64,000 nucleotides of DNA from Candidatus Micrarchaeota archaeon (GCA_018819225.1 JAHJQN010000008.1:177421-241420); one strand, 5' to 3'; positions 20,119 to 30,010 are shown, counted from the first letter of the stretch. Made by a program: numbers and translations. The notes: generated from the letters alone by a model not told the origin.

Positions 20119-21149
20119 CACGCGGAAAACCGGAACAGCATACTTTTCAGCTCTTCCGTAAACTTAAACTGCTTGGCGTACGCGATTTTTCGAATCGCGC
20201 CAATCTCCAATTGTTTCAAATACAAATAACTCATAATCGTGCTGAAATCCAGCACGCTCAAACGCAATTTGCGCATCACGTAACCGTAAAATCGGCGTTC
20301 CAACGCGATTTCCAAAGGAACCAGCGAACCGTTACTGCGCACCTCCGCAACAGCATCCACTGCTTTCGGATACTCCTTGGCCACCCGATCCAATATCTTG
20401 TCGAAATCCTGCAGCTTATTGAGATCATTGATCAGCAAATGATGCTTACGCACGAAGAACTCAGAACAATCGCGTTTAGGATCCATGCGTTTGACGCGCA
20501 AGAGAATCATTAAGTCCATTAACGCAATACGCATGCGCACCAAATCCGCGACAAACGGCGCTTTTTGTTTCTCCGCCAAATTCAGCAATTGATGGAAACG
20601 GTACGCATTTAACGCGCGAATGTACAAGCGGAAATCCCTTGTTTTATCGTAAGCCAACGCCTGTTGCTGAAGCGATTTTCCGAATTCCGAATTCTGCAGG
20701 GCGCGAATCACCGCTCCCACCGACTCCTTTTCCATCAAGGAATCCAAATTACGTTTGCTTTCCGCATTCAAAATGACCAAATCGGTTTCTTGAATCGAGG
20801 CCCCCGTGTCCTTGACCGCCAAAACCGTTGCCAAATTCTGCACTTCATATTCTTGCAGCATCACGTCCAGCATACGCTCTCCTTTTTTCGGAGTGAATTT
20901 CATGATCTTGGCCAGGGTATGCTCCAAATCCGTTTTCAATGCATGCGCGATCAGTTCCATGCCCTCGAACTTCGTGCTTGAAGCCACAAAGGCATCGCGG
21001 TACTCGGTTTCCTCCAACAACTCAATTAATTCGGCAATACTAGGCACCTCCAACAGCTCCCGGAACTTGCTTTCAGTGAACAGCTTGCTCTTCATGCCTT
21101 TTATTCGCGCATTCGCGTACGCGTAGGTGAGATCCAATAGTCCATTCAC
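20118..21149 (-). CDS. atpC: A/V-type ATP synthase subunit C
   Basis: YAYANARIKGMKSKL, YLYLKQLEI..IR. Confidence 0.9.
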   Translation of the reverse strand: MNGLLDLTYAYANARIKGMKSKLFTESKFRELLEVPSIAELIELLEETEYRDAFVASSTKFEGMELIAHALKTDLEHTLAKIMKFTPKKGERMLDVMLQEYEVQNLATVLAVKDTGASIQETDLVILNAESKRNLDSLMEKESVGAVIRALQNSEFGKSLQQQALAYDKTRDFRLYIRALNAYRFHQLLNLAEKQKAPFVADLVRMRIALMDLMILLRVKRMDPKRDCSEFFVRKHHLLINDLNKLQDFDKILDRVAKEYPKAVDAVAEVRSNGSLVPLEIALERRFYGYVMRKLRLSVLDFSTIMSYLYLKQLEIGAIRKIAYAKQFKFTEELKSMLFRFSA

Positions 21150-21703
21150 TTGAATAACTGTTCGAACGCTTTCTGCTTGACGACTTCATCGTTTTGTTCG
21201 AGCAATGCTTCGAACGTGTTATTGATTTTCACGCGACCATCCGCCGACACGACGATCACGCCACCCGCTGTTTCAATGGGCGGGCCCAATGAACCGAATC
21301 GACGGGCAAACACCGCGTCTTCCTTTCGCACCAGCAGCTTGCTCTTGCTGCCCACTTCACTCGTGCCTTGACGAATCAGTTTCTCCAGCAGAACGTAATA
21401 CTCCTTCTTGTTCTTCGTTTGCTTCGCGAGCAGTACGCGTACACGCCCAACAACCTCTTCCACGAGATCGAACCGGGCGTCCTGTACAATGCGTGTCGCC
21501 TTAAGTTTAGCCGCAGAGACTTGCGTACGCTCCTTTTCAGCGAATTCCAAAGCGTTTTTGCGTGCCTTCTCAATGATATATTGTCCGTTGGCTTGCGCTG
21601 CTTCACGGATTTGCTTACACTCCATATCCGCTTCCTTCTCGAGGCGATGGACTTCCGTAGACGTCTTTCGCCGGAGCTCCTCCTTCAAATTAGTGAGGGT
21701 CAT
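21146..21703 (-). CDS. atpE: A/V-type ATP synthase subunit E
   Basis: N-terminal coiled coil, GGVIV.SADGRVKINNTFE. Confidence 0.9.
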   Translation of the reverse strand: MTLTNLKEELRRKTSTEVHRLEKEADMECKQIREAAQANGQYIIEKARKNALEFAEKERTQVSAAKLKATRIVQDARFDLVEEVVGRVRVLLAKQTKNKKEYYVLLEKLIRQGTSEVGSKSKLLVRKEDAVFARRFGSLGPPIETAGGVIVVSADGRVKINNTFEALLEQNDEVVKQKAFEQLFK

Positions 21704-21737
21704 GTCGCTTCATCCAAACCGGAATGGGTTTCGAACG

Positions 21738-21974
21738 CTAACCAATACCCGGAATCTTTCCGATCAAGAAGAACGCGACCAAGAAACCAAGAATAACCAT
21801 GGTTTCGGGAATGGCCATAAGAATCAACACATTCGTGAACGTGCCGTCCTTTTCGGCCATGAGGCCCATACCTGCCGAACCTATTGTGGACTGCGCCCAC
21901 GCCGTAGCGAGTGCCGCAGCACCAACGGATAAACCGGCTCCCAATCCAATGAGCCCTGCCGTCAAATCTACCAT
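21738..21974 (-). CDS. atpK: A/V-type ATP synthase proteolipid subunit K (c), single hairpin
   Basis: AWAQ..IG..G, PET ion-binding Glu; GAGGTG SD before ATG 21974. Confidence 0.93.
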   Translation of the reverse strand: MVDLTAGLIGLGAGLSVGAAALATAWAQSTIGSAGMGLMAEKDGTFTNVLILMAIPETMVILGFLVAFFLIGKIPGIG

Positions 21975-22060
21975 ATCATCCAACACCTCTATTTCGTTAT
22001 CTTTGAAAGAAAAAAATATAAACCCCCGCTCGGATTCACGAGGTACTTAAAGCGTATATT

Positions 22061-23959
22061 TCAAGGTTCGCCTTTCTCCCGTAACGGCTTAAACGCCACC
22101 CCTCCCCCTTCATAAAACTTTGAAAAGAACTCCACGTAATGCAGTCGCAACGTCTGAATCGAGGATTCGAACAATCCTAACGTCATGGCCCCTATTTGTC
22201 CGAACACGAAAATAAGGAGGAACGCCACGAAACCAAGGAACGCGCCGATATCAAATGGTTTCTGCAGGGTTAGCATGGCCCATGTGCCGGCAAAATCAAC
22301 AGGAACCTGGTTGATGATGATCGCGAGAACGACTCCGGAAATGCCGAGTGCCGCAATACGCAAATATGAAAGCACGTTACTGATGAGCCCCGGAAGCTCC
22401 AGCAAATGCGTGGGCGACTCCAGCTTCGCGATCCCGCCCAATCCCAAGACCAACAAGCCAACGGAATACGGGTAGGGCATCCAGAACTTTAACGGCACCA
22501 GAAACTCGAGCAAGGAAATGTCGGCGTTCTGAATCACGATGGCAATCAACGAAAGCTCGACGACAAGCCACGACAGCTTCGCGATCGCATGCTTCATATG
22601 CCTTTCCTTGAACTGCGTAAAGAATCCCAGTAAAAAGCCCATGGCGACGTGAATGGCCCCCACTAAAATCGACAAATTGATGAGGGTTTCGGGATGCTCC
22701 AACCGGTGCAGCAAGGGATGCAGTTCAATGCCGAACAAGTCCTCTCGACCAAATGCCTCCCCGTAAATGAAACCAAATACGATCGTGCTAAAGGCAGCCA
22801 ATGCGAGCATGCCCGCAATGCGTTTCACCAACGCGTTTTTGGACTTGAGTTTCAAGAACAACGCCAAAAAGAAGCTGATGAGTCCATACCCGATATCTCC
22901 CAAGATCATGCCGAAGAACAACGGAAACGTCAAGAAAATGAAAAGCGTCGGATCCAAACTGTAACTCTTCGGAAGCGAAAAGAATTCCACTAAAAACTCG
23001 TACGGTCGAACGAGCTTCGCATTCGAGAGCTTGCTGGGCGGTAAATCGTTCGTTTCAGGGTATTCGTAAAATACGTTGGGAATGCGCGCTAAACGCTTCT
23101 CGAAATCCAGAACGTCATTATCCGTAATCCATCCCTCCACCACGGAAAAGTGAGCGGTTTTGCCGAACTTGAATGGCAGCTCCGCTTTCACGGCCAGTAC
23201 CTTCAAACCCGCCTTCACTTCCTGAAGCTTCGGACCGTACTGCTCGCGATACGTCTTCAGCCGTTCCTTCGCGTTTTGTAACTGCGATTCCGTCACGGCG
23301 AGCTCGCCCTCCACTTTGCTGAGTGCTTCCCCGAAACCCTCTTGCACGTCCGGAATCGCGTGCACAATCACACCGTATTTTAACACCAGCACGTTCACGT
23401 CCGTTTCCATGCGCACGTCAAAAGCTAACAACGCGTACCGCTTGCCATCATCGTTAACATACAATAATTCATGCGGAATAGTCTTCAGCTCGGCTTTCAA
23501 CTTCTTTTCCGTGCCCGGCTTCAATTCAAAGTAAACGAATTGCACGGAAGCCCCTTCCAAATGAGTCGAATCCACATATAACTTGCGGAACGGCAACAAG
23601 TCTTCTTTCCGCTCCACTAAGTGCTCCTTCTTCGCCTGCAATTCCTGAATGTCTTTTTGAATGCGTTCCGCATCATGCAAGCGCAGTTTCCCGTACTGCT
23701 TCTTCGCTTCTTCCAATGAATAAATCGGGGCCTCCGGCGCTTCCGGCTTAATGTGCAGCTGATGCTCCATCGCCCGCAACTTAATCAACATCTCGGAAAT
23801 GGGTTCGAACGAGGACAAGGGACGATCCAAATCCGATACTTGGCAGTCACGGACATCAATATCCCCGAAATCGTACAACGAACCGATCACGGACTCGACG
23901 CGATCCTTTAACGTAATGACGCGAACCTTCCGCATCTTCTGCAAATCCAGCATGGCCAT
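22061..23959 (-). CDS. atpI: A/V-type ATP synthase subunit I (a)
   Basis: FFGMILGDIGYG, SYLRIAAL, LRLHYVEFFSKFY.GGG..FKP. Confidence 0.96.
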   Translation of the reverse strand: MAMLDLQKMRKVRVITLKDRVESVIGSLYDFGDIDVRDCQVSDLDRPLSSFEPISEMLIKLRAMEHQLHIKPEAPEAPIYSLEEAKKQYGKLRLHDAERIQKDIQELQAKKEHLVERKEDLLPFRKLYVDSTHLEGASVQFVYFELKPGTEKKLKAELKTIPHELLYVNDDGKRYALLAFDVRMETDVNVLVLKYGVIVHAIPDVQEGFGEALSKVEGELAVTESQLQNAKERLKTYREQYGPKLQEVKAGLKVLAVKAELPFKFGKTAHFSVVEGWITDNDVLDFEKRLARIPNVFYEYPETNDLPPSKLSNAKLVRPYEFLVEFFSLPKSYSLDPTLFIFLTFPLFFGMILGDIGYGLISFFLALFLKLKSKNALVKRIAGMLALAAFSTIVFGFIYGEAFGREDLFGIELHPLLHRLEHPETLINLSILVGAIHVAMGFLLGFFTQFKERHMKHAIAKLSWLVVELSLIAIVIQNADISLLEFLVPLKFWMPYPYSVGLLVLGLGGIAKLESPTHLLELPGLISNVLSYLRIAALGISGVVLAIIINQVPVDFAGTWAMLTLQKPFDIGAFLGFVAFLLIFVFGQIGAMTLGLFESSIQTLRLHYVEFFSKFYEGGGVAFKPLREKGEP

Positions 23960-23987
23960 AAAAGGTTCCTTAAATAGCTGTATTCCA

Positions 23988-24332
23988 TCACGAAGCCTTA
24001 AGCACGAGAGGCAATAATTTCTCCGCCACGCGCTCCACGTCCTTTCCGCGCTTCAAGCGCTCCGCTTCCTTCTCCGCATCCTCAATAATCGCATCGCACT
24101 CGCTTTGGATGCGCTTGAGCTCGGCATCCAACACTTTCTTCCGCTCCTTTGCCGCTTGTATGCGCGAATTCTCCACGATTTTCTGTCCGTCCTCCTTGGC
24201 GGCTCGAATGGTTTCCGCCTTCTTTTCCTCCGCCTCTTCCATCGTCTTCGAAGCCCGCGTTTCCTCTCGCTTCAATTCTTCGAGGTTTTCAGAAAATTCT
24301 TTTTCCGTGTTCGCTTGAAGTGGTTTCGCCAA
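23988..24332 (-). CDS. atpH: A/V-type ATP synthase subunit H (G)
   Basis: charged coiled coil directly upstream of atpI; GGGAGGTG SD before TTG 24332. Confidence 0.75.
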   Translation of the reverse strand: MAKPLQANTEKEFSENLEELKREETRASKTMEEAEEKKAETIRAAKEDGQKIVENSRIQAAKERKKVLDAELKRIQSECDAIIEDAEKEAERLKRGKDVERVAEKLLPLVLKAS

Positions 24333-24452
24333 CTGGCAGCACCTCCCACTAGTTCGTTTGGAATCATTCCAGAAATACGGTCGGGGGTTTCCCAATGGAT
24401 TACTGGCAAACCATATTTAAAAGCCTTGGGAATCCGAGGACTTTGCGAGGGA

Positions 24453-25706
24453 TTACGTGCCTTCCGTCCACGAATTCAAGTACTTTTCCTGCGCGGACGT
24501 CAACGAATCGATTTTCACGCGATATGCTTCGAGCGTTAAACGCGCGATCCCCGCATCAATATCGCGAGGAATCTCATGAACGCCGGGCGCGAGCTTCCCC
24601 TTGTTCTTGAGAAGATACTCGGATGCCAACGCCTGCGCAGCAAACGACATCTGCATCACTTCCGAAGGATGACCTTCTGCTGCCGCGAGATTGGCCAAGC
24701 GCCCTTCCCCAATCAAATACAAGTGCTTGCCGTCATCGAAATCGAATTTTTCGAGGTGCGGACGAATGGTTTCCACGTGTTTCGCCATCTGGCGCAACGC
24801 CTCCACTTGAATCTCGCAATCGAAATGCCCGGAATTCGCTAGCACCGCACCACTCTTCATCAATGCGAAATGGTCTTTCGTTAACACGTCCTTGTCACCC
24901 GTTACCGTAACAAAAATATCTCCGATTCGCGCCGCTTCCTTCATGGGCATGACTTCAAAACCATGCATCACCGCATCCAGCGCCTTAACGGGATCCGTTT
25001 CCGTGACAATAACGCGCGCGTTCATACCGCGAGCCTTCATCGCCAACCCTTTCCCGCAATACCCGAATCCCGCGACCACGAAAATGGATCCGGCAATCAA
25101 TAGATTCGTCGCGCGCAAAATACCGTCGAGCGTACTTTGAGAGGTTCCTTGAACGTTGTCAAACATGTGCTTCATCGGCGTGTCGTTAACGGCAATGACC
25201 GGGAACTTCAGCGCCTTATCCTTCGCCATGGCCCGCAATCGGATCACGCCCGTCGTCGTTTCCTCCTGCCCGCCCCATATGCCTGGAAGCAATTCCTTGC
25301 GTTTGGAGTGAAGCGTGCTAATCAAATCCGCGCCGTCATCGATCGTGATATGCGGTTGGGCATCCAATACGGCATTCAAGTGTTTGTAATACGATTCATG
25401 GTCTTCTCCGTTGACTGAAAAAATGCGAAATCCGTCTTCCGCTAAAGCCGCCGCCACGTCGTCCTGCGTGCTCAACGGATTCGAAGCGCACAACGATACT
25501 TCCGCACCGCCCGCGCGGAGCGTGCGCACTAAAACCGCGGTTTCCTTGGTGACATGAAGACACGCGGCAATACGAACGCCTTTGAACGTTTTTTCTTTCT
25601 GAAACCGTTCCCGAATCTTTAGCAAGACGGGCATATGGCGTTCCGCCCACTCAATCTTCTTCTGACCTTGAGGCGCTAGTTTTACGTCTTTCACATCATG
25701 ATCCAT
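24453..25706 (-). CDS. ahcY: adenosylhomocysteinase
   Basis: MPVL, CLHVTKETA, SNPLSTQD, EETTTG, GFGYCGKG, EGRLANL..AEGHP; GGGAG SD before ATG 25706. Confidence 0.97.
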   Translation of the reverse strand: MDHDVKDVKLAPQGQKKIEWAERHMPVLLKIRERFQKEKTFKGVRIAACLHVTKETAVLVRTLRAGGAEVSLCASNPLSTQDDVAAALAEDGFRIFSVNGEDHESYYKHLNAVLDAQPHITIDDGADLISTLHSKRKELLPGIWGGQEETTTGVIRLRAMAKDKALKFPVIAVNDTPMKHMFDNVQGTSQSTLDGILRATNLLIAGSIFVVAGFGYCGKGLAMKARGMNARVIVTETDPVKALDAVMHGFEVMPMKEAARIGDIFVTVTGDKDVLTKDHFALMKSGAVLANSGHFDCEIQVEALRQMAKHVETIRPHLEKFDFDDGKHLYLIGEGRLANLAAAEGHPSEVMQMSFAAQALASEYLLKNKGKLAPGVHEIPRDIDAGIARLTLEAYRVKIDSLTSAQEKYLNSWTEGT

Positions 25707-25850
25707 AGAATCCAACTCCCCATTAAAATGATGGAACGGCTCGTCGTCTTATTCGAATAACATCCACGAATCCCGCAATCTCTTGGAAGGCCAAGCTATA
25801 AAAAGCTATTTCGATATACAAACGATGTCAATACATCTAGAGGATTGTTC

Positions 25851-25964
25851 ATGGGTGCACGACCCCGAAAATGGAAAAAGGCCGGACGCATGCGCTGGAA
25901 GTGGATCCGAAAGCGCAGGCGCCGCTTGAAGCGAAAGATCAAACGCCGAGTTGGCGAGCTCTAA
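25851..25964 (+). CDS. rpl41e: ribosomal protein L41e (eL41/eS32), not in the ORF track
   Basis: manual translation [37 protein letters not shown] carries the MRWKW.KKR.RRLKR signature; GAGG SD upstream. Confidence 0.88.
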   Translation: MGARPRKWKKAGRMRWKWIRKRRRRLKRKIKRRVGEL

Positions 25965-26002
25965 CGCGCTAGATTTAAATACGTACGCTGCCTGCTCTAC
26001 TC

Positions 26003-26452
26003 ATGAAGAGGGGAGTCGTTTTTGCGGTCCTAGTACTCTCATTGTGGACCTCGTTTGTGGCGGCGGACGTGATTTACTTGCATTGCCCAACCATTTTCAC
26101 GAAAAGTATTTCGAACATCACGGCCAACTATTTTCAGGATCCCGGAACCGGACCTGCACCGGCATGCAACGGCTTGAACGTCACCATTGACGGCCAAGAA
26201 GCGATCCGTATTTGGTGCGTGCAAAACGGGCTCATGAAATTCGAGCTATCGACTCCCGAAGCGAAAACGTATACCCTGGTGGCCACGTCAAACACGGATC
26301 CCGTGTTCGGAGGGGACGGCACGCAGGAAAGCTGCACCGTGCGAAGAAGCTCGTTCAACGTCAACATCACTGTTCCCGATATTCCGATATTAATGATCCC
26401 CCTCATCCTCGCCGGAGGACTGTTATTCATCCGAAGAAAAAAATCGGTTTAA
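26003..26452 (+). CDS. secreted protein with PEP/PEF-CTERM-like C-terminal sorting signal
   Basis: signal peptide, N-glycosylation sequons, C-terminal VPD motif + TM helix + RRKK. Confidence 0.65.
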   Translation: MKRGVVFAVLVLSLWTSFVAADVIYLHCPTIFTKSISNITANYFQDPGTGPAPACNGLNVTIDGQEAIRIWCVQNGLMKFELSTPEAKTYTLVATSNTDPVFGGDGTQESCTVRRSSFNVNITVPDIPILMIPLILAGGLLFIRRKKSV

Positions 26453-26465
26453 ACTCGTGAAGCGC

Positions 26466-27428
26466 ATGAATGAATTCATTCCCTGGATTGAAAAATACCG
26501 GCCCCGCTCCCTATCGGACGTGCGCGGAAACCCGGCAGCGATTAACCAGCTGAAAGCATTCGTCGCCAACCAAAACCCCCCGCACTTAATGTTCGCGGGT
26601 CCGGCAGGAAGTGGAAAAACGTCGAGCGCCCTCGCGCTGGCTCACGACTTGTTTAAAGATTGGGTTCACCAAGCGCTTCTCGAACTCAATGCCTCGGACG
26701 AACGCGGCATCGACGTCGTGCGCACTAAAATCAAGGACTTCGCGCGCACGCTCCCGTTGGCATCCGTTCCCTTCAAAATCATTTTCCTCGATGAAGCGGA
26801 TGCGTTAACCCAGGATGCGCAACAAGCCCTCCGGCGCACCATGGAAAAGTATTCCTCGAACACGCGCTTCATTCTCTCCTGCAACTACAGCTCGCGCATC
26901 ATCGAACCCCTTCAATCGCGCTGTGCCGTATTCCGTTTCAGCCGGTTGACGGACGAAGACCTCAAAATAATGGCGGGCCACATCATCCAGGAAGAAAACC
27001 TTAAAGTGGATGCCAAGGCGATGGAGGCATTGCTTTACATCGCGGAAGGCGATGCACGCAAGCTCATTAATACGATGCAAGGCGCCAGCAGCGTATCCGA
27101 TAAGATCACGTCGGAAGAAATCTACACGATCGCGAGCCGTGCCCGCCCCGAAGAAATCGAGAAAATGGTGAACCTCGCGATGAAAGGCGAATTCCTTCCT
27201 GCGCGCAAGCTTCTCAACGATGTCTTGTTGAAATACGGGATGAGCGGGGAAGAAGTCATGGTTCAAATCTTTCGCGAAGTCACGAGCATGAACATTCCCG
27301 ACAAGGAAAAAGTGCTTCTCGTGGATAAAATCGGGGAATACGATTTCCGGCTCGTGGAAGGCGCCAACGAACGAATTCAGCTGGAAGCGTTACTGGCGCA
27401 GTTCATGCTGCACGGAAAAGGAAAATAA
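26466..27428 (+). CDS. rfcS: replication factor C small subunit (no intein)
   Basis: PWIEKYRP, GPAGSGKT, LNASDERGIDVVR, DEAD, ALRRTME, QSRC. Confidence 0.97.
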   Translation: MNEFIPWIEKYRPRSLSDVRGNPAAINQLKAFVANQNPPHLMFAGPAGSGKTSSALALAHDLFKDWVHQALLELNASDERGIDVVRTKIKDFARTLPLASVPFKIIFLDEADALTQDAQQALRRTMEKYSSNTRFILSCNYSSRIIEPLQSRCAVFRFSRLTDEDLKIMAGHIIQEENLKVDAKAMEALLYIAEGDARKLINTMQGASSVSDKITSEEIYTIASRARPEEIEKMVNLAMKGEFLPARKLLNDVLLKYGMSGEEVMVQIFREVTSMNIPDKEKVLLVDKIGEYDFRLVEGANERIQLEALLAQFMLHGKGK

Positions 27429-27432
27429 GCGG

Positions 27433-27678
27433 TTACCGTCTCTTGCGACGGTCCAAAGAATCCAGTAGGTCGCGAAGAAAAGACTCGTTATCGAAAAGCT
27501 CCGCCATTTCCTCATCGATCTTCCGAAACGCCGTATCCACATCGTTTTTCAGAAGTTTCAACTGCGATTCCGCGTCCCCTTTTCCATACGGATGCGCCAC
27601 ATAGTATTTGTTGATCGCGCGCGTCAAGCGATCCTTCAATTTCCGGAGCTTGGGGCGCACGTGTTTCTGGAACGGCAT
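27433..27678 (-). CDS. hypothetical protein
   Basis: 81-aa helical ORF downstream of the Pop5 gene. Confidence 0.5.
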   Translation of the reverse strand: MPFQKHVRPKLRKLKDRLTRAINKYYVAHPYGKGDAESQLKLLKNDVDTAFRKIDEEMAELFDNESFLRDLLDSLDRRKRR

Positions 27679-27714
27679 ACCATGCGAAGCAAGCGCTGCG
27701 AGGAATAAAAGCGT

Positions 27715-28068
27715 TTAGGTTCCGCGAAGCCTTTTCAACATTCTTGGAGGCCGGGCATCCGGAAACAACGGCTTCGATTTTCTCAGCGTCCCGAAAATCT
27801 TCTTTAAATGCAGTGCGATATCGCGTTTTCGGAAAAAGCGCTTAAGCGTAAAGGCCGCGATCACCGACTCCGTCGAATCAAGGGCCGTTTGCACCAACAT
27901 CTGCTGCGTGGTCGCATTAAATGCCTTCACGCGCGCGCCGGATTCCGCTAACCCTTTCGTTCCCAACCCCTCGAGAACCGACTCCTTAACCAGATCCGAG
28001 GCGTCCCGCTCGGAAAGATTTTCAAAAAAACGAATACCGTATAACAAATAGCGACGTTTCGACTTCAT
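27715..28068 (-). CDS. RNase P protein component 2 (Pop5/Rpp14 family)
   Basis: K.RYLL, LG..G.A, I.GTL.K motifs. Confidence 0.75.
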   Translation of the reverse strand: MKSKRRYLLYGIRFFENLSERDASDLVKESVLEGLGTKGLAESGARVKAFNATTQQMLVQTALDSTESVIAAFTLKRFFRKRDIALHLKKIFGTLRKSKPLFPDARPPRMLKRLRGT

Positions 28069-28069
28069 G

Positions 28070-29512
28070 TTACTCCGCCATAATGTTTCGCACAATCCAC
28101 TCTTCATTAAAGGGCTTCAAATCGTCGTACGATTGCCCGACCCCCACAAAAAGAATGGGAAGCTGGCACTCAAACGAAATACTTAGACTGCCCCCTCCCT
28201 TCGCGTCACAGTCCAGTTTGGTCAGAATAATGCCGTCCACGCCCAATTTCTCATGAAATTTTTTCAATTGCTGCACCATCGAGGTGCCGGCAATGGCCTC
28301 GGCCACAAATACTTTCAAGTCCGGTTGGGATATGCGCACGATCTTCTCCATCTCCGCCAGCAGATTGCGGTTGGTTTCCTGCCGCCCAGCCGTATCAATC
28401 AGCACGACATCGATTCCCGTTGATTTCGCGTGAGCAATCGCGTCAAATGCCACCGCCGCCGGGTCCGCTCCATACCGGTGACGAATCACTTTCACGCCCA
28501 GCTTCTTTCCATGATATTCCGCTTGCTCGATGGCCGCCGCCCGAAAGGTGTCGCTCGCGGAGATTACGGAAGTAAAACCGGATTGTCTCAACTGATAAGC
28601 GATTTTCGCGATCGTCGTCGTTTTACCCGCTCCATTCGGTCCTAAAAAGAGAACCACGTACGGCGTCCTATTTTGTTTTTTTGCCTCGGAAATGCGTTCG
28701 ACAAAATCGGTTTTGTGCGCATGCATCACCGAAGATAACGCGAAGGCAATTTCTTTTTTTACTTCTTCCTCGACGTTTCCGCGTGCCACCCGTTTTCCAA
28801 CCAAACGCTTTCGCAAGTCCGCCACGAGGGCCTGCGCCGTATCCATGGACACATCGCTCTCCAACAACGCCATTTCCAAATCCTCGAATAACGGCTCCGT
28901 TTCCTTTTCCGAAATCGTGATCCCTCCGGTGATAACCCCCTTCAATTGCGTCAACAAGCCGACTCGAGGCTTCAATTCGCGTTCCTTCTCGTCCACGAGA
29001 AACGATTCCTTCTTCTTGTCTTGGAACACGTGTTTCGAAACGTCCTCGCGACGCTTGTGCTCCACGATCTTCTTCTCAATGCGCTGTTGCTCCTTCTTGA
29101 TGGAGCCTTCCACGGTTCCTCCGACGAGCTCCTCGATTTCTTCCTCGTCTTTTTCGAGTTGTTCGGAAAGCGGTTGCGATGTTGAACCCGTCATTTCCAA
29201 CGTTTCAACCGCCTGTTGAGTGATTTCACGCCGCTCTTCCTTTTCGACGGCTTCTTTCAGCTCCTCAACGTGAACCGCATGTTGAATCTCCTCCACTTCC
29301 GGAACCGGTTCGGGAAGGGGCGTTTCACTCGTTGGTTTCTCTTGTGAAATCGATGGGGGGGGGTTTAGCGGCTCTTGAAACACGTCGCGCGATGCCACCT
29401 CACGCACAACGTTTGCCGCAGATCCTTCTTCAATTTTCTCTTCCGACGCCTGGGATTGTCCGACGACTTGACCGACAAACGTCTTAATCTTCTTCTTCAG
29501 GAAATCGAACAT
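28070..29512 (-). CDS. ftsY: signal recognition particle receptor FtsY with long acidic N-terminal domain
   Basis: MFDFLKKK, GPNGAGKTTTIAK, DTFRAAAIEQ, DTAGR, TKLDCDAKGG. Confidence 0.97.
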   Translation of the reverse strand: MFDFLKKKIKTFVGQVVGQSQASEEKIEEGSAANVVREVASRDVFQEPLNPPPSISQEKPTSETPLPEPVPEVEEIQHAVHVEELKEAVEKEERREITQQAVETLEMTGSTSQPLSEQLEKDEEEIEELVGGTVEGSIKKEQQRIEKKIVEHKRREDVSKHVFQDKKKESFLVDEKERELKPRVGLLTQLKGVITGGITISEKETEPLFEDLEMALLESDVSMDTAQALVADLRKRLVGKRVARGNVEEEVKKEIAFALSSVMHAHKTDFVERISEAKKQNRTPYVVLFLGPNGAGKTTTIAKIAYQLRQSGFTSVISASDTFRAAAIEQAEYHGKKLGVKVIRHRYGADPAAVAFDAIAHAKSTGIDVVLIDTAGRQETNRNLLAEMEKIVRISQPDLKVFVAEAIAGTSMVQQLKKFHEKLGVDGIILTKLDCDAKGGGSLSISFECQLPILFVGVGQSYDDLKPFNEEWIVRNIMAE

Positions 29513-29523
29513 GGATTAACGCA

Positions 29524-29934
29524 TCACTGTTTCAAGTTAGCCGCCAGCGCACGACCCCGCATTTCCAGCTCGGAGAGCGTGGCAATCACCCCCTGCATGT
29601 CATTCTGGATGCGCTGGCTCGCCTCATCCAACTTGTTCTTTCGTTCCGCCAGAAGCGGCAACGCTTCCTCGCGCGTCTTTTCCACGATGACTCCTGCACC
29701 CACGTTCATAAGCACGCGTTCGCCATCCTCGACTTTAATGCGGGCATGCACTCCCGAACCCAGAGGCAGCAACGAAGAGGACGCGCCGTCCTGCAAATGG
29801 GTGACTGCTTCTTCCGTACGCTGCACTTCCATGAGGGCATTCGCCAACATTTCGGCCTGCTGTTGCATCTCATTCAATCGCGCTTGATGGGTCTGCAAAT
29901 CCAAATAGATTTGTTTCAATTCGTCTTCGGACAT
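29524..29934 (-). CDS. pfdA: prefoldin subunit alpha
   Basis: LLPLGSG, VGAGVIVEK beta hairpins between coiled coils; conserved position before ftsY. Confidence 0.92.
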   Translation of the reverse strand: MSEDELKQIYLDLQTHQARLNEMQQQAEMLANALMEVQRTEEAVTHLQDGASSSLLPLGSGVHARIKVEDGERVLMNVGAGVIVEKTREEALPLLAERKNKLDEASQRIQNDMQGVIATLSELEMRGRALAANLKQ

Positions 29935-30010
29935 ATGGAATCACCACGAAAAAAGAAGCGTAACTATGGATTGCGAGAACCCATTTTAATAAACATTGGT
30001 TTTTTCGGTT

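Noticed and set aside
24333-24395. Longer start for ATPase subunit H
   Set aside because: A strong GGGAGGTG SD precedes TTG at 24332, and the extension is not coiled-coil-like.
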